DNA from: Flavobacteriales bacterium
GTDB lineage: Bacteria > Bacteroidota > Bacteroidia > NS11-12g > UBA955
DNA length: 64,000 bases
Direction of reading: 5' to 3'
NCBI GenBank assembly: GCA_947487175.1
Contig: CANKVM010000001.1
Coordinates: 998-64,997, forward strand
The translations under genes were made by a program, and so were the position numbers. The notes under the pieces were generated by a model that was given only the letters and a program-made list of their open reading frames with translations, was not told the origin of the DNA and searched no databases. Below, one piece after another: positions 37,189-49,093 of this stretch (the stretch's first letter is position 1; each line of letters opens with the position of its first letter).

Positions 37189-37842
37189 TTAGTTGGCAAG
37201 TTGACCATCTTTCAACACAATTTGGCGGTCGGCCATTTGAGCCAATTCAGGATTGTGTGTTACGATGATAAAGGTTAGATTAAAATCATCCCTCATTTTG
37301 AAAAATAATTCATGAATAAATTTTGCATTTTTAGAATCTAAATTACCACTTGGCTCGTCGGCAAGTATTACTTTGGGATTCATAATTAGCGCCCTCGCTA
37401 TGGCAACACGTTGTTGTTCGCCACCAGACAATTGCGATGGTTTGTGCTCTAAACGCTCACCAAGTCCCAAATAAGTGAGTATTCTGATTGCCTCAGTTTT
37501 TGCTTCGCTCATTGATTTCTTAGCAATCAGCATCGGAACAATTACATTTTCAATGGCCGAAAACTCAGGTATCAATTGATGAAACTGAAATACAAATCCA
37601 ATATTTTTATTCCTAAAATCGGCCAGTTGATTTCCTTTGAGATTAGAAATATCTTTTTCTTCAAAAAATATTTCACCCGCCGTTGGGGCATCTAGGGTAC
37701 CCAACAAATGCAACAAAGTACTTTTTCCTGCACCGCTTTCGCCAGTTATACAAACAATTTCTTTGGCTTGAATTTCAAGGTCAATACCTTTCAAAACGGC
37801 TAGTTGATTGTACTTTTTTTGAAGATTCTTACACGAAATCAC
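37189..37842 (-). CDS. ABC transporter ATP-binding protein, LolD/FtsE-like, standalone (no permease gene adjacent); GTG start
   Basis: Walker [11 protein letters not shown]-loop, signature [15 protein letters not shown], Walker B ILADEP, H-loop VTHN; 217 aa. Confidence 0.8.
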   Translation of the reverse strand: MISCKNLQKKYNQLAVLKGIDLEIQAKEIVCITGESGAGKSTLLHLLGTLDAPTAGEIFFEEKDISNLKGNQLADFRNKNIGFVFQFHQLIPEFSAIENVIVPMLIAKKSMSEAKTEAIRILTYLGLGERLEHKPSQLSGGEQQRVAIARALIMNPKVILADEPSGNLDSKNAKFIHELFFKMRDDFNLTFIIVTHNPELAQMADRQIVLKDGQLAN

Positions 37843-37884
37843 GATGTTTTAGTAAAATGTTTATGGAATGGGCTCAAAGTTAGT

Positions 37885-37892
37885 TATTTTTG
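37885..37892 (+). promoter_or_regulatory. candidate Bacteroidota-type -7 promoter element (TAnnTTTG) upstream of sucC
   Basis: Exact TATTTTTG 35 nt upstream of sucC ATG; no clear -33 TTTG partner identified. Confidence 0.3.
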
Positions 37893-37926
37893 CAAGCGAA
37901 ATAGCAAAATATCTGGAAAAGATCTT

Positions 37927-39153
37927 ATGAACATACATGAATATCAAGCAAAAGAAATCTTAAAAAAATACGGTGTTGCCATACAAAACGGATTTATTGC
38001 AGAAACTCCTGCGGAAGCAAAAGCAGCTGCAGAGCGTGTAAAAACTGAATTCGACAGTGGTTGGTGTGTGGTGAAAGCCCAAATCCATGCTGGAGGAAGA
38101 GGAAAAGGTAAAATTCAAGGCTCAGAACAACGTGGAGTACAAGTAGCAAAATCTGCAGATCAAGCAGCTGAAATTGCACAAAACATGTTGGGTGGTACAT
38201 TGGTAACAATTCAAACTGGTGAGTCTGGAAAATTAGTGAACAAAGTTTTGGTTGCCCAAGATGTATTCTATCCTGGCGCAAATGAACCTAAAGAATACTA
38301 CATGAGTGTTTTACTTGACCGTCAAAAGAAACAAAATGTAATCATTTATACCACCGAAGGTGGAATGGATATTGAAGAAGTTGCTGACCACAGTCCTGAA
38401 AAAATTCACAGAGAATGGATCAACCCTGCAACAGGTTTACAACCTTTCCAAGCGCGTAAAATTGCATTCAATTTGGGTCTTGAAGGAAAAGCATTCAAAG
38501 AAATGGTAACTTTCGTAACTGCACTTTACAGAGCTTACGACGAAACAGATTCTGCCATGTTCGAAATTAATCCTGTGTTAAAAACTTCTGACGACCGTAT
38601 TATTGCTGTTGACGCCAAAGTAGATCTTGACGACAACGCTTTGTATCGCCACAAAGAATTTTTAGAGTTACGCGATTTGGCTGAAGAAGATCCAACTGAA
38701 GTTGAAGCAGGCAAATACAACCTAAACTATGTGAAACTTGACGGAAACGTTGGTTGCATGGTAAACGGTGCAGGTTTGGCAATGGCCACTATGGACATTA
38801 TCAAATTAAGCGGTGGTGAACCGGCTAACTTCTTAGATGTTGGAGGTACTGCTAACGCTGAAACTGTTGAAGCTGGCTTTAGAATTATCATGAGCGACCC
38901 TAACGTAAAAGCAATCTTGATCAACATATTTGGTGGTATTGTTCGTTGTGACCGTGTTGCAAATGGTGTAGTTGAAGCTTACCGCAAAATTGGTGAAGTT
39001 CAAATTCCTATCATTGTTCGTTTACAAGGAACAAATGCGGAAGAAGCAAAAAGAATTATCGACGAAAGTGGCTTGAAAGTATACTCTGCAATTGCATTGC
39101 ACGAAGCTGCTGATTTGGTTGAAAAAGTACTTAACGGAACTTTGACAGCTTAA
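37927..39153 (+). CDS. sucC: succinate--CoA ligase (ADP-forming) beta subunit. True start at [12 protein letters not shown]; the track ORF's upstream extension is rejected
   Basis: Canonical N-terminus MN(L/I)HEYQ(A/G)K, ATP-grasp motifs, C-terminal CoA-ligase domain (GGIVRCD..A.G); sucD not adjacent. Confidence 0.9.
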   Translation: MNIHEYQAKEILKKYGVAIQNGFIAETPAEAKAAAERVKTEFDSGWCVVKAQIHAGGRGKGKIQGSEQRGVQVAKSADQAAEIAQNMLGGTLVTIQTGESGKLVNKVLVAQDVFYPGANEPKEYYMSVLLDRQKKQNVIIYTTEGGMDIEEVADHSPEKIHREWINPATGLQPFQARKIAFNLGLEGKAFKEMVTFVTALYRAYDETDSAMFEINPVLKTSDDRIIAVDAKVDLDDNALYRHKEFLELRDLAEEDPTEVEAGKYNLNYVKLDGNVGCMVNGAGLAMATMDIIKLSGGEPANFLDVGGTANAETVEAGFRIIMSDPNVKAILINIFGGIVRCDRVANGVVEAYRKIGEVQIPIIVRLQGTNAEEAKRIIDESGLKVYSAIALHEAADLVEKVLNGTLTA

Positions 39154-39176
39154 TTAATATAACATTATCCTATTTT

Positions 39177-39204
39177 AAAAGGCCGCCATTAGGTGGCCTT
39201 TTTT
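39177..39204 (+). terminator. rho-independent terminator after sucC
   Basis: GGCCGCC-ATTA-GGTGGCC hairpin (one G-U) followed by T6. Confidence 0.65.
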
Positions 39205-39281
39205 ATACAATTCACATTTGTGGAAAGCCTTTGTTATTTGTTTACATAATTTATCACAAACTTTGCACTTTTCATTTATAC

Positions 39282-40217
39282 ATGCTCACAACTTTCCTTT
39301 TTTCGGCACTTTCTATAATTTCTTCCAATGACGGAATCATAGAGCGTACCCAAGATAGTTCTAAAAATAAAAGCTGGGTATATGGTGCCGATTTCAAAGC
39401 TAATTTTTCATTGGCGAACTCTTCCCCAAACTGGACAAGTGGTGCTTCCAATAACATTACCATTACCGGAATAGTCAATGCTTATGCCTATTTGAAGAAA
39501 AATAAAATGAGCTGGGATAATTCATTTAAAATGAACTTAGGTCTTATTGCCAATAGGCAAAGTGATATTTTTGGTGAGGGATATTGGAGCATGCGCAAAA
39601 ATATTGACAACTTATTCGTAGATAGTAAATTTGGTCGTGAATTTCCCGAATATCCCTCATTATCCATTTATGGAGGATTGAATTTCCAAACCCAAATGCT
39701 CAATGGATTTGTTTTTGGGAAAGACATAACAGGAAGAGAAACCAAAACACTTACTTCAAGTTTTTTAAGTCAAGGGCAAACCCAATTGGCTATTGGCACA
39801 GAAAATAAATTTGGGCAAACTTATTATGTTCGTTTGGGGTATTTGGCTCTAAAACAAACCTATTTGATCAATCAAAATTTATATTTAATTAGACAAGAAG
39901 AAACCATTGCCAGGGTAAAAAAAGGGCAATTTATAGACAATGAAATTGGAATGCAGGTTCAAATGGGTGCAAATAAATTTCTCGATGCGAACAAAATATT
40001 CTCAATGAAATTCAATTACTTGGGATTTATCCCTTATCAATCTAAACAAGCCTTGCTGGATAGCAGGATAGATATGAGCATTTTAGCTAAAATTACCAAA
40101 TATGTCAATTTTAACTATACCCTCATTGCCCTTTTCGACAAGGATTTGGTAAAATCAGGTGCCTCTGCTTGGCAAAATAGTTGGGTGTTTGGTATTGGAT
40201 ACCTCTACCGAATTTAA
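39282..40217 (+). CDS. hypothetical secreted/outer-membrane protein (about 311 aa from ATG at 39282; the track's upstream TTG extension is rejected)
   Basis: Short N-terminal signal-like segment [15 protein letters not shown]; alternating hydrophobic/polar strands and abundant Gly/Tyr/Asn typical of beta-barrel OMPs; family not identified with confidence. Confidence 0.4.
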   Translation: MLTTFLFSALSIISSNDGIIERTQDSSKNKSWVYGADFKANFSLANSSPNWTSGASNNITITGIVNAYAYLKKNKMSWDNSFKMNLGLIANRQSDIFGEGYWSMRKNIDNLFVDSKFGREFPEYPSLSIYGGLNFQTQMLNGFVFGKDITGRETKTLTSSFLSQGQTQLAIGTENKFGQTYYVRLGYLALKQTYLINQNLYLIRQEETIARVKKGQFIDNEIGMQVQMGANKFLDANKIFSMKFNYLGFIPYQSKQALLDSRIDMSILAKITKYVNFNYTLIALFDKDLVKSGASAWQNSWVFGIGYLYRI

Positions 40218-41788
40218 TGCTCGCTGGTGGTGTGGAACTTGATATCTGGATATTTATCAATCGCAGTTCTTAAAATATATCCAGTTTCTGCCAAAAACAC
40301 GGGTCTACCATCTTTATCGTAAGCAATGTTATTTTGACGGTATTTCATAAAGTCTTTCAAATCGGCTTCAGATCCTGTCATCCAGCACGCTTTATTGATC
40401 ACCCTTGCTTCAAACCTACATTTGGCATTGTATTCATGTTCTAAGCGATATTGCAATACTTCAAATTGAAGTTCACCCACTGTACCCACAAATTTTCGGC
40501 TACCCATTTCTTGAACAAACAAACTAGCCAAACCTTCGTCTGTTAACTGTTGAATGCCTTTTTCCAATTGTTTACTTTTCATTGGGTCAAGGTTTATCAA
40601 TTCTTTGAAAATCTCAGGTGAGAAACTTGGAATTCCTTTGTACGTGAAGTTTTCTCCTTCGGTTAGCGTATCGCCAATTTTGAAGTTTCCTGTGTCGTAC
40701 AAACCAACAACGTCGCCTGGATAAGCATCTTCCATGACTTCCTTCGATTGGGCTAAAAACATGTAGGGATTTGCAAATTTGAATTGCTTTTCTAATCGCA
40801 CATGTTTGTAGTTTTTATTTCTCTCAAACTTACCAGAGCAAACGCGCAAAAACGCAATTCTATCGCGGTGTTTTGGATCTAAATTGGCGTGTATTTTAAA
40901 AACAAACCCTGAAAATTTAGGTTCGTTTGGCGCTACTTCTCTGAGAGATGTGGCACGAGGCAATGGATTTGGAGCAATTTCAACAAACGTATCTAGCAAT
41001 TCTTGAATACCAAAATTATTCAAAGCCGAACCAAAGAAAACAGGAGCAATTTGAGCATCCAAATAATAATCCATGTCCAAATCGCCATAAACGCCTTCGA
41101 TCAATTCAACATCTTCGCGCAATTTAGAAACGTCTTTGGCATTCAAAATACCTTCTAACTTAGAGTCGTTTACCCCATCAATTTTAATCATGTCATCGGC
41201 CTTCTTTGTTTTGTTACTTTCAAACAAATTCAACGTCTGATTATGCAATAAATATACTCCTTTAAAGTCTCTACCACCATTAATTGGCCAACTCAAAGGA
41301 TGTACACCAATATTTAATTTTTCTTCTAATTCATCTAACAAATCGAATGGATCTTTACCATCTCGGTCCATTTTATTGATAAATACAATTACAGGAGTTT
41401 TGCGCATTCGGCAAACTTCCATCAAACGTTCGGTTTGTTCCTCTACCCCTTTCACACAGTCAATCACCAAGATAACACTATCAACAGCCGTTAAAGTTCT
41501 GTATGTATCCTCAGCAAAATCTTTGTGACCAGGAGTATCCAAAATATTTACCCAGCTATTTTTATACGGGAAAGTCATTACCGAAGTAGCAACAGAAATA
41601 CCACGTTGCTTTTCAATTTCCATGAAATCTGAAGCAGCGGTTTTTGTAATTTTATTGGATTTGACCGCACCCGCTGTTTGAATTTGACCACCAAATAAAA
41701 GAAACTTCTCCGTTAAGGTAGTTTTACCAGCATCAGGATGCGAAATAATAGCAAAGGTTTTTCTTTTGGCAATTTCCGATTCGTACAT
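40214..41788 (-). CDS. prfC: peptide chain release factor 3
   Basis: N-terminal [20 protein letters not shown]1 motif, DTPGH G3, NKMDR G4; 524 aa. Confidence 0.9.
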   Translation of the reverse strand: MYESEIAKRKTFAIISHPDAGKTTLTEKFLLFGGQIQTAGAVKSNKITKTAASDFMEIEKQRGISVATSVMTFPYKNSWVNILDTPGHKDFAEDTYRTLTAVDSVILVIDCVKGVEEQTERLMEVCRMRKTPVIVFINKMDRDGKDPFDLLDELEEKLNIGVHPLSWPINGGRDFKGVYLLHNQTLNLFESNKTKKADDMIKIDGVNDSKLEGILNAKDVSKLREDVELIEGVYGDLDMDYYLDAQIAPVFFGSALNNFGIQELLDTFVEIAPNPLPRATSLREVAPNEPKFSGFVFKIHANLDPKHRDRIAFLRVCSGKFERNKNYKHVRLEKQFKFANPYMFLAQSKEVMEDAYPGDVVGLYDTGNFKIGDTLTEGENFTYKGIPSFSPEIFKELINLDPMKSKQLEKGIQQLTDEGLASLFVQEMGSRKFVGTVGELQFEVLQYRLEHEYNAKCRFEARVINKACWMTGSEADLKDFMKYRQNNIAYDKDGRPVFLAETGYILRTAIDKYPDIKFHTTSEH

Positions 41789-41857
41789 AAAGGTGCAAAG
41801 TTACATAAATTGATTTAGATGAATTTAGTTTTGTTTCTCTTTCCTTACCTTCGTATT

Positions 41858-42355
41858 ATGTCTTCGGTTCTTATTGTTGCGGCAACAAAAAACGATGTCC
41901 CTCAAATTTTGGATATTGTAAATCATTATATTGAAAATGATACCTGCATTTACGATTTAGAACCAAGAGCCCTTGAAAAACAAATGGAATGGTTTGAAAA
42001 TCAAACTTCAAACAACTATCCTGTTTTGGCTGCCAAAATTGACAATCAATTGATTGGATTTGCTTCCTATTCGCAATTTAGACCCAAGGTGGGATATAAA
42101 TTCTGCATGGAACATTCTGTTTATGTGGCACATAATCAAAAAGGAAATGGCGCTGGAAAAATGCTTTTACAAACTTTAATTAATATTGCCGAAGAACAAA
42201 AAATCCATACGCTTATTGGGGGAATTGATGCCAACAACCAAAATAGTATTGAATTTCACAAACAATTTGGTTTTGAAATTGTAGGACGAATGAACGAAGT
42301 TGGATATAAATTTGACCGTTGGCTGGATTTGGTTTGGATGCAAAAAACGATTTGA
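41858..42355 (+). CDS. GNAT family N-acetyltransferase (phosphinothricin-acetyltransferase-like); start chosen at the second Met (41858), track start 41819
   Basis: GNAT motif A region (...VYVAHNQKGNGAGKMLLQTLI...) and 165-aa size. Confidence 0.65.
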   Translation: MSSVLIVAATKNDVPQILDIVNHYIENDTCIYDLEPRALEKQMEWFENQTSNNYPVLAAKIDNQLIGFASYSQFRPKVGYKFCMEHSVYVAHNQKGNGAGKMLLQTLINIAEEQKIHTLIGGIDANNQNSIEFHKQFGFEIVGRMNEVGYKFDRWLDLVWMQKTI

Positions 42356-42358
42356 CGA

Positions 42359-43417
42359 TTACAATCCGTTTTCCGAATTAAATTTCTTCACCAATGGGTT
42401 CATAATTTTGGTCCATGCCGGGTAAACCAGACTCAAAACCATCATTCCAGGATATCCTGTTGGCATTTGAGGTGCATTTTCAAGACTCCTTAATTCTTGG
42501 TATTTCTTGGTAGATTTGGCGTGGTGGTCGGAATGTCGCGACAATTCAAACAGCAACAATCGGCCAATAATATGATTGGAATTCCATGAATGTTTTTCAG
42601 TTACAATTTCATACATCCCCGATTCCGTTTTTTGCCTGACCAATCCATAATGTTCAATATAGTTGATGGTTTCTAAAAGAATAGCTCCCAAAAACCCAGC
42701 CAGCCTCATCATTATTGCGGCCTCAAGTCCCCCAAGAAAATAAATCCCTCCTAAAAAACCCAACTGAATTATCTGAAATTGCAACATTTGATTTGAGGGA
42801 TGAAATTTAGGCAGATTCAATCGTTTTAGCCTTTCAAACTCCAAATTCCACGCCGAAATCCATACAAAAAACATAGACCTAAACCAAAACGAGTAAATGG
42901 GTTCATTGTAGCGACCTGAAGAAGGATCTTCAGGAGTACCAACATATTTGTGATGTCCTCGGTTATGTTCAATGAAAAACTGCAAATAAAAAGAGGTTAA
43001 CAGAAGCATTTTTGCCAAAAACTGATCAAACCAATTTTGCCTATGGCCGAGTTCATGGGCCACATTGATGCCATAAGTTCCACACATGATACCCATGGCA
43101 AATGCTCTTCCAAATAACTCTAGGAAAGATTGATTTACAGAAGAATACGCATCGGTAATGTACCAGTAAACAAAAAACAGATGAATGGGAACAACCGCAT
43201 AAATTACGATGTCGTACATTTTGTTATTTACTGCATTTTGGGCCAAATCGTCTTGTCCAAATTTGCCACCATGGTTTAAAATTAATTCTAGAACGGGAAT
43301 GATTCCAAACACAAAAAATGCGGCAAACCATGTCATGAGTCCTTGCGATTGAAACGAAATTGCCACGGACGCGGCTGGCAATAATGAAATGATATAGCGA
43401 AAAGGTATAAAATTCAT
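42359..43417 (-). CDS. integral-membrane di-iron hydroxylase/desaturase, AlkB (alkane 1-monooxygenase)-like
   Basis: Three histidine boxes HELGHR, HNRGHH, HSDHH plus an extra NYIEHYG box in the order characteristic of AlkB/xylene-monooxygenase family; 6 TM segments. Confidence 0.65.
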   Translation of the reverse strand: MNFIPFRYIISLLPAASVAISFQSQGLMTWFAAFFVFGIIPVLELILNHGGKFGQDDLAQNAVNNKMYDIVIYAVVPIHLFFVYWYITDAYSSVNQSFLELFGRAFAMGIMCGTYGINVAHELGHRQNWFDQFLAKMLLLTSFYLQFFIEHNRGHHKYVGTPEDPSSGRYNEPIYSFWFRSMFFVWISAWNLEFERLKRLNLPKFHPSNQMLQFQIIQLGFLGGIYFLGGLEAAIMMRLAGFLGAILLETINYIEHYGLVRQKTESGMYEIVTEKHSWNSNHIIGRLLLFELSRHSDHHAKSTKKYQELRSLENAPQMPTGYPGMMVLSLVYPAWTKIMNPLVKKFNSENGL

Positions 43418-43532
43418 AGCGAATACAATAATAGCAAATAAGATAAATAAATATTGTTTTTTTATTATTATTCACAAAAAAGGTTGAGTTATGATATAAA
43501 TTCACGAAATTTGCGCAATTTTTAATTTGAAC

Positions 43533-45344
43533 ATGTCTTCACTGCGCAACATTGCAATCATTGCACACGTTGACCACGGTAAAACTACTTTGGTTGACAA
43601 AATGCTTCACCAAGCCCAACTTTTTCGTGAGAATCAAGAAGTTGGAGAATTAATTCTCGACAACAACGATTTAGAGCGTGAGCGTGGTATTACCATTCTT
43701 GCTAAAAACGTAAGTGTTATTTGGAAGGGTACAAAAATTAACATCATTGACACTCCAGGTCACGCCGATTTCGGTGGTGAGGTTGAACGTGTGTTAAATA
43801 TGTGTGATGGCGTATTGCTTTTGGTTGATGCATTTGAAGGTCCAATGCCTCAAACCCGTTTTGTATTGCAAAAAGCACTTGCACTTGGTAAAATACCTAT
43901 TGTTGTAATTAACAAAGTAGACAAACCAAACTGTGATCCTGACAAAACCCATGACGAAATTTTCGATTTGTTTTTCAATTTGGAAGCAAACGAAGACCAA
44001 TTAGATTTTACTACCGTTTTCGGTTCTGGTAAAAATGGTTGGTTTGGTCCTGATTTCAGAACCCCAACGGAAGATTTATCTTTCTTGATGGATACTATAA
44101 TTGAAGTAATTCCTGAGCCTATTGTTGAAGAAGGAACAGTTCAATTACAAATTACAAGCTTAGATTTCAGTAGTTATACGGGTCGTATTGCGGTTGGTAG
44201 ATTGAAGCGTGGACATTTGAAAGAGAACATGCCTATTACTTTGGTAAAAAGAGATGGAAAACTCGAGCGTCAACGTGTGAAAGAACTTTATACATTTAGT
44301 GGACTTGGTAAATTAAAAACTAATGAAGTTTTTGCGGGGGACATTTGTGCAATTACAGGGATAGAAAACTTTGAAATTGGCGATACCATTGCCGATTTCG
44401 AAAACCCAGAAGCATTGCCAACAATGAAAATTGATGAGCCAACAATGAGCATGTTGTTTGCCATTAACAATTCTCCATTCTTTGGTAAAGAAGGAAAGCA
44501 TGTTACGTCTCAAAAAATTCGTGAGCGTTTATACAAAGAAACTGAGAAAAACTTGGCATTGAGAGTAGAAGATACAAACAGTGCAGATCAATTCTTGGTT
44601 TTTGGTAGAGGTATTCTTCACTTAGGCGTATTGGTTGAAACAATGCGTAGAGAAGGTTACGAATTACAAGTAGGACAACCCCGTGTAATCTTGAAAGAAA
44701 TTGACGGCAGAAAACACGAACCTATTGAAATTTTAACAGTTGACGTACCAGATTACCACAGTGGTAAAGTAATTGAATATGTAAGCCAACGCAAAGGTGA
44801 AATGTTGAGTATGGTACCAAAAGGAGATATGGTAAGATTAGAGTTTGAAATTCCTTCAAGAGGTTTGATGGGATTAAGAAATAACTTGCTTACAGCTACC
44901 CAAGGTGAAGCAATTATGGCCCACCGTTTCAAAGCATTTGAACCATGGAAAGGCACTATGCCTTCCCGTATTAATGGTGTTTTGATTTCTAAAGACAAAG
45001 GTTTTTCTACTGGATACAGTATGGATAAATTGAAAGACCGTGGAAATTACTTTATCCATCCAGGTGCTGATATTTATACAGGTCAAATTGTTGGTGAACA
45101 CATTAAGCCAGGAGATTTGGTTTTGAATTTGTGCACTGCAAAACAAATGACCAACTTCCGTGCTGCGGGTAAAGACGACAATACCGTTTTGGCGCCACCA
45201 AAGGAATTCAATTTGGAAGAAGCAATGGAATACATTCAGGAGGACGAATACGTAGAGGTAACACCTGAAAATATTCGCTTGAGAAAAATCATCCTTGACG
45301 AAAACGAACGTAAACGTGCAGGAAGTAAAGCCTTACTTGGATAA
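43533..45344 (+). CDS. typA: translational GTPase TypA/BipA (start at ATG 43533; the track TTG at 43527 is 2 codons upstream)
   Basis: [29 protein letters not shown] motifs; 603 aa; C-terminal BipA-specific domain. Confidence 0.9.
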   Translation: MSSLRNIAIIAHVDHGKTTLVDKMLHQAQLFRENQEVGELILDNNDLERERGITILAKNVSVIWKGTKINIIDTPGHADFGGEVERVLNMCDGVLLLVDAFEGPMPQTRFVLQKALALGKIPIVVINKVDKPNCDPDKTHDEIFDLFFNLEANEDQLDFTTVFGSGKNGWFGPDFRTPTEDLSFLMDTIIEVIPEPIVEEGTVQLQITSLDFSSYTGRIAVGRLKRGHLKENMPITLVKRDGKLERQRVKELYTFSGLGKLKTNEVFAGDICAITGIENFEIGDTIADFENPEALPTMKIDEPTMSMLFAINNSPFFGKEGKHVTSQKIRERLYKETEKNLALRVEDTNSADQFLVFGRGILHLGVLVETMRREGYELQVGQPRVILKEIDGRKHEPIEILTVDVPDYHSGKVIEYVSQRKGEMLSMVPKGDMVRLEFEIPSRGLMGLRNNLLTATQGEAIMAHRFKAFEPWKGTMPSRINGVLISKDKGFSTGYSMDKLKDRGNYFIHPGADIYTGQIVGEHIKPGDLVLNLCTAKQMTNFRAAGKDDNTVLAPPKEFNLEEAMEYIQEDEYVEVTPENIRLRKIILDENERKRAGSKALLG

Positions 45345-45377
45345 AAATAACTTATATTCGCAAAAACATAAATAACC

Positions 45378-46766
45378 ATGAAATTTGATATAGCTGTCAT
45401 CGGAAGTGGACCTGGTGGTTACGTAGCTGCCATCCGCGCTTCTCAGTTGGGCAAAAAAGTTGCCATCATCGAAAAAGCCGATTTAGGCGGAGTTTGTTTA
45501 AACTGGGGTTGTATTCCAACCAAAGCACTTATTAAAAGTGCCCAAGTTTTTGATTACATTAGTCACGCTGCAGATTATGGAATTACCGTTGGTGAATTCA
45601 AATCTGACTTCGATGGTATGATCAAACGTAGCCGCGGTGTTGCCGATGGAATGAGCAAAGGAATTGCCTTCTTAATGAAGAAGAACAAAATTGAAGTCAT
45701 CAAAGGAAGTGCGAAATTGGCCGGAAAAGGCAAAATTTCTGTTACCGACGCCGATGGAAATTCTTCAATTGTTGAAGCCGACCATATTATTTTGGCTACT
45801 GGTACACGTTCACGTGAACTTCCTTCTGTGAAAATGGACGGAACCCATGTAATTGGATACCGTGAAGCAATGGTATTGCCAAAACAACCTAAAGAAATGG
45901 TAATCATTGGTTCAGGTGCAATTGGTATGGAGTTCGCATATTTCTACAACACAATAGGAACAAAAGTAACCATCGTTGAATTCATGAACCGAATTCTTCC
46001 TATCGAAGATGAAGACGTTTCTAAATCAATGGCAACAATTTACAAGAAGAAAGGCGTTACTGTTATGACCGAAAGTAGTGTTGAAAAAGTTGACGTAGTT
46101 GGCGATCGTTGTGTTGTAACAGTGAAAACCAAAAATGGCGAAGAAAAACTTGAATGTGATATCGTTTTAAGTGCGGCAGGTGTTCAAACAAATCTTGAAA
46201 ACCTTGGACTTGAAGAAATGGGTATCAAAACAGATAAAGGAAAAGTAATGGTTGATGATTTCTATCAAACTTCTGCTCCTGGCGTTTACGCCATTGGCGA
46301 TATCGTTCCTGGTCCTGCGTTGGCTCACGTTGCAAGTGCTGAAGGCATTATATGCGTTGAAGCAATTGCGGGTCATCACCCAGAACCATTAAACTACGGT
46401 AATATCCCAGGTTGTACTTATACCCACCCTGAAGTTGCAAGTGTTGGTTTAACTGAAGCGCAAGCGAAAGAAAAAGGAATTGAAATTCGTGTGGGTAAAT
46501 TCCCATTCAGCGCAAGCGGTAAAGCTGCTGCTAGCGGTGCAAAAGACGGATTTGTAAAAGTAATTTTCGACAAAAAATACGGAGAATGGTTAGGCTGCCA
46601 CATGGTAGGCGAAGGCGTTACCGATTTCATTATTGAAGCAGTTGTTGCCCGTAACCTTGAAACTACAGGTCATGAAATACTTAAATCTGTTCACCCTCAC
46701 CCTACAATGAGTGAAGCAGTTATGGAAGCTGTTGCTCTAGCGTATGATGAGTGTATCCACTTATAA
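45378..46766 (+). CDS. lpd: dihydrolipoyl dehydrogenase (E3)
   Basis: FAD-binding GSGPGGY, redox-active disulfide CLNWGCIPTK, NAD-binding GSGAIGMEF, C-terminal HPHPT(M/L)SE interface motif. Confidence 0.9.
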   Translation: MKFDIAVIGSGPGGYVAAIRASQLGKKVAIIEKADLGGVCLNWGCIPTKALIKSAQVFDYISHAADYGITVGEFKSDFDGMIKRSRGVADGMSKGIAFLMKKNKIEVIKGSAKLAGKGKISVTDADGNSSIVEADHIILATGTRSRELPSVKMDGTHVIGYREAMVLPKQPKEMVIIGSGAIGMEFAYFYNTIGTKVTIVEFMNRILPIEDEDVSKSMATIYKKKGVTVMTESSVEKVDVVGDRCVVTVKTKNGEEKLECDIVLSAAGVQTNLENLGLEEMGIKTDKGKVMVDDFYQTSAPGVYAIGDIVPGPALAHVASAEGIICVEAIAGHHPEPLNYGNIPGCTYTHPEVASVGLTEAQAKEKGIEIRVGKFPFSASGKAAASGAKDGFVKVIFDKKYGEWLGCHMVGEGVTDFIIEAVVARNLETTGHEILKSVHPHPTMSEAVMEAVALAYDECIHL

Positions 46767-46787
46767 TACAAACTATTTTTATAATCA

Positions 46788-46815
46788 AAAAGGCCGCGTT
46801 TTGCGGCCTTTTTTG
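46788..46815 (+). terminator. rho-independent terminator after lpd
   Basis: GGCCGC-GTTTT-GCGGCC perfect hairpin flanked by A5 and T6. Confidence 0.75.
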
Positions 46816-46831
46816 TTAACTTTGCTCCCCA

Positions 46832-47467
46832 ATGAAAATTCATCGTTTTACCTTTAATCCTTTGCAAGAAAACACCTACATCGCATGGTGTGAAGAAACA
46901 TTGAACTGTGCCATCTTCGACGCCGGGAATTACGATTATTCTGAACATGAACAAATTCGTGCTTTTATTGATAAATTAGGACTCACTCCTACCCACCTGC
47001 TTGGAACCCATGCACATATTGACCACATTTTTGGCAATTGGTGGATTAAACAAGTTTATAACATTCCCTATTACCTTCATAAAGATGATGTGATTATGAT
47101 CGACAGATCTGAAACCATGGCATCACTTTGGAATTTAAATTATACCACATCTCCCCAACCAGACTTCTTTTTAGAAGGAGGTCAAACTATTCAAGTTGGA
47201 AATGGAGAATTGGAAGTTCGTTTTGTGCCAGGACATGCACCTGGACATGTAATTTTTGTTTCTCACACAGATGAATGGGCCGTTGTTGGCGATACCATTT
47301 TTGAGGGCAGTATCGGTAGAACCGACTTACCCGGTGGAAACCACGATTTACTTATTCAAAAAATTAAAGAAGAAATATTTACCCTTCCCGATAATTTTAC
47401 CCTTTACCCAGGACATGGGGTTGATACCACTGTAGACAATGAAAAACAAAATAATCCGTTTTTCTAA
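46832..47467 (+). CDS. MBL-fold metallo-hydrolase (glyoxalase II-like)
   Basis: HxHxDH motif (THAHIDHIFG), downstream His/Asp ligands (GHAPGH, D...H); 211 aa. Confidence 0.75.
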   Translation: MKIHRFTFNPLQENTYIAWCEETLNCAIFDAGNYDYSEHEQIRAFIDKLGLTPTHLLGTHAHIDHIFGNWWIKQVYNIPYYLHKDDVIMIDRSETMASLWNLNYTTSPQPDFFLEGGQTIQVGNGELEVRFVPGHAPGHVIFVSHTDEWAVVGDTIFEGSIGRTDLPGGNHDLLIQKIKEEIFTLPDNFTLYPGHGVDTTVDNEKQNNPFF

Positions 47468-47480
47468 TTCATAAAATTAA

Positions 47481-49085
47481 ATGTCAATGACAAATTTGCG
47501 CAACAATCTAGATTTTATAGCTACCCTGTTTTTTGAAGCAGGTGTAACAAATTGGATTGTTAGCCCAGGTTCTAGAAATGCACCTATTGTGGCGGGATTG
47601 ATTCGTCACGGTGGATTTACATTACACAGTTTTCCCGATGAAAGAGCTGCTGCCTTTGCTGCGATGGGTATGTCAATTGCCAATCAATACCCTTGTGGCG
47701 TAATTTGCACAAGTGGAACTGCAGCCGCGAACTTTTATCCTGCCGTTTGCGAAGCCTTTTACCAGCGCGTGCCAATGGTTGTAGTTACTGCCGATAGACC
47801 TGAGTACTTGATTGATCAGTGGGATGGTCAAACCATCCACCAAACCAATATTTACGAACCTCATATTCGTTCTTCATTCTCTATCAATGCGAACAATGAA
47901 TCCTTTTTAGAACTTGAAAGCACAATTTATGAAGCTGTAAAAATTACGCAATTTCGTGTTGCAGGACCCGTTCATATAAATATTGCACTAGAAGATCCCA
48001 TTTACAGCGAAATGGATCAACCTTTCTATCAAACTCAACCTTCAAAACCTTTTATTTATCACCATGCTGTTACCCCTCCGGTTCCAGCCGATTTCATTCA
48101 GAAAATCCTTTCTAATAAACATATCCCTACTAATCCAAAAATATTGATCTTGGTAGGACAACACCACCCCTCTGAATCGCTTTCAAGTGCCCTTAGTTTG
48201 ATTCAAAACAAATTCCCTACCCTGAGTGACATTTGTAGCCATCAGATTGGATACGGCATACAGCAGTGGGATTTGGCCTTAACTTCTGAGGGATTCAAAG
48301 AAGAATTACTTCCAGATATTCTTGTTACAGTGGGAATGGCAATGATAAGCAAACCGCTTAAGAAAGCATTAACCAATGCCAAACTAACTCACTTACATAT
48401 TACAGAATCTGGTGAAGTAGGCAACCCATTTCATACTATTCCAATTATTCTATCGCACCACGATGCCGATTTTCTAACTGCATTGTATTTGCACTCCGAG
48501 GAAAATGAATCGTACTTGAATTTATGGAAACAGACTACAAACAAAGCAAATACTAAGAAGTTCGAAGGCCATTACCTCCAAGAATTTAATGCAGTGAAGC
48601 TCATTATGGAGCAATCTTCAGAATCTATGGCATTACATTTTGGGAATTCCATGAGCATTAGATATGCTTCTTGGGTTGGAAGTACCAAAGCCAAAGTATT
48701 TGGAAATAGAGGAACCAGTGGTATCGATGGAAGTTTAAGTACTGCCGTAGGTTATGCAATTGCAAACCCAAATACAACAACTGTTTGTATACTTGGCGAT
48801 ATTTCTTTCATCTACGACGCCCATGGCATGTGGACCACACAATTTCCCTCTAATTTAAAAATAGTGGTATTAAACAACAAGGGTGGACAAATTTTCAATT
48901 GGATAGATGGCCCGAGTAAAGAACCTAAATTGATGCCATTTATAGAAACTCCTCAAGATTACAATATTTCCAAGTTGTGTAATTTCTATAAAGTTGAACA
49001 TCAAAGTACTGAAAAAATAACAATCGACACTTACAACAATTTTATTACCGGCAAAAGTCAATGCCTTGAAATCATTACTAAATAA
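47481..49085 (+). CDS. menD: 2-succinyl-5-enolpyruvyl-6-hydroxy-3-cyclohexene-1-carboxylate synthase (ThDP-dependent), menaquinone biosynthesis
   Basis: N-terminal ...WIVSPGSRNAPI... MenD signature, ThDP-binding GD(I/L)SF...NN motif near C-terminus (GDISFIYD...VLNNKGG). Confidence 0.75.
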   Translation: MSMTNLRNNLDFIATLFFEAGVTNWIVSPGSRNAPIVAGLIRHGGFTLHSFPDERAAAFAAMGMSIANQYPCGVICTSGTAAANFYPAVCEAFYQRVPMVVVTADRPEYLIDQWDGQTIHQTNIYEPHIRSSFSINANNESFLELESTIYEAVKITQFRVAGPVHINIALEDPIYSEMDQPFYQTQPSKPFIYHHAVTPPVPADFIQKILSNKHIPTNPKILILVGQHHPSESLSSALSLIQNKFPTLSDICSHQIGYGIQQWDLALTSEGFKEELLPDILVTVGMAMISKPLKKALTNAKLTHLHITESGEVGNPFHTIPIILSHHDADFLTALYLHSEENESYLNLWKQTTNKANTKKFEGHYLQEFNAVKLIMEQSSESMALHFGNSMSIRYASWVGSTKAKVFGNRGTSGIDGSLSTAVGYAIANPNTTTVCILGDISFIYDAHGMWTTQFPSNLKIVVLNNKGGQIFNWIDGPSKEPKLMPFIETPQDYNISKLCNFYKVEHQSTEKITIDTYNNFITGKSQCLEIITK

Positions 49086-49093
49086 TTCATACC

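Noticed and set aside
37804-37926. Upstream extension of the sucC ORF (track start 37804)
   Set aside because: Extension overlaps the divergent ABC ATPase gene start and lacks homology; canonical SucC N-terminus [10 protein letters not shown] begins at ATG 37927
46822-46832. 11-mer TCCCCAATGAA repeated at 46822 and 51583, each overlapping an ATG
   Set aside because: Expected number of chance 11-mer repeats in 64 kb is in the hundreds; no extended similarity around the two copies
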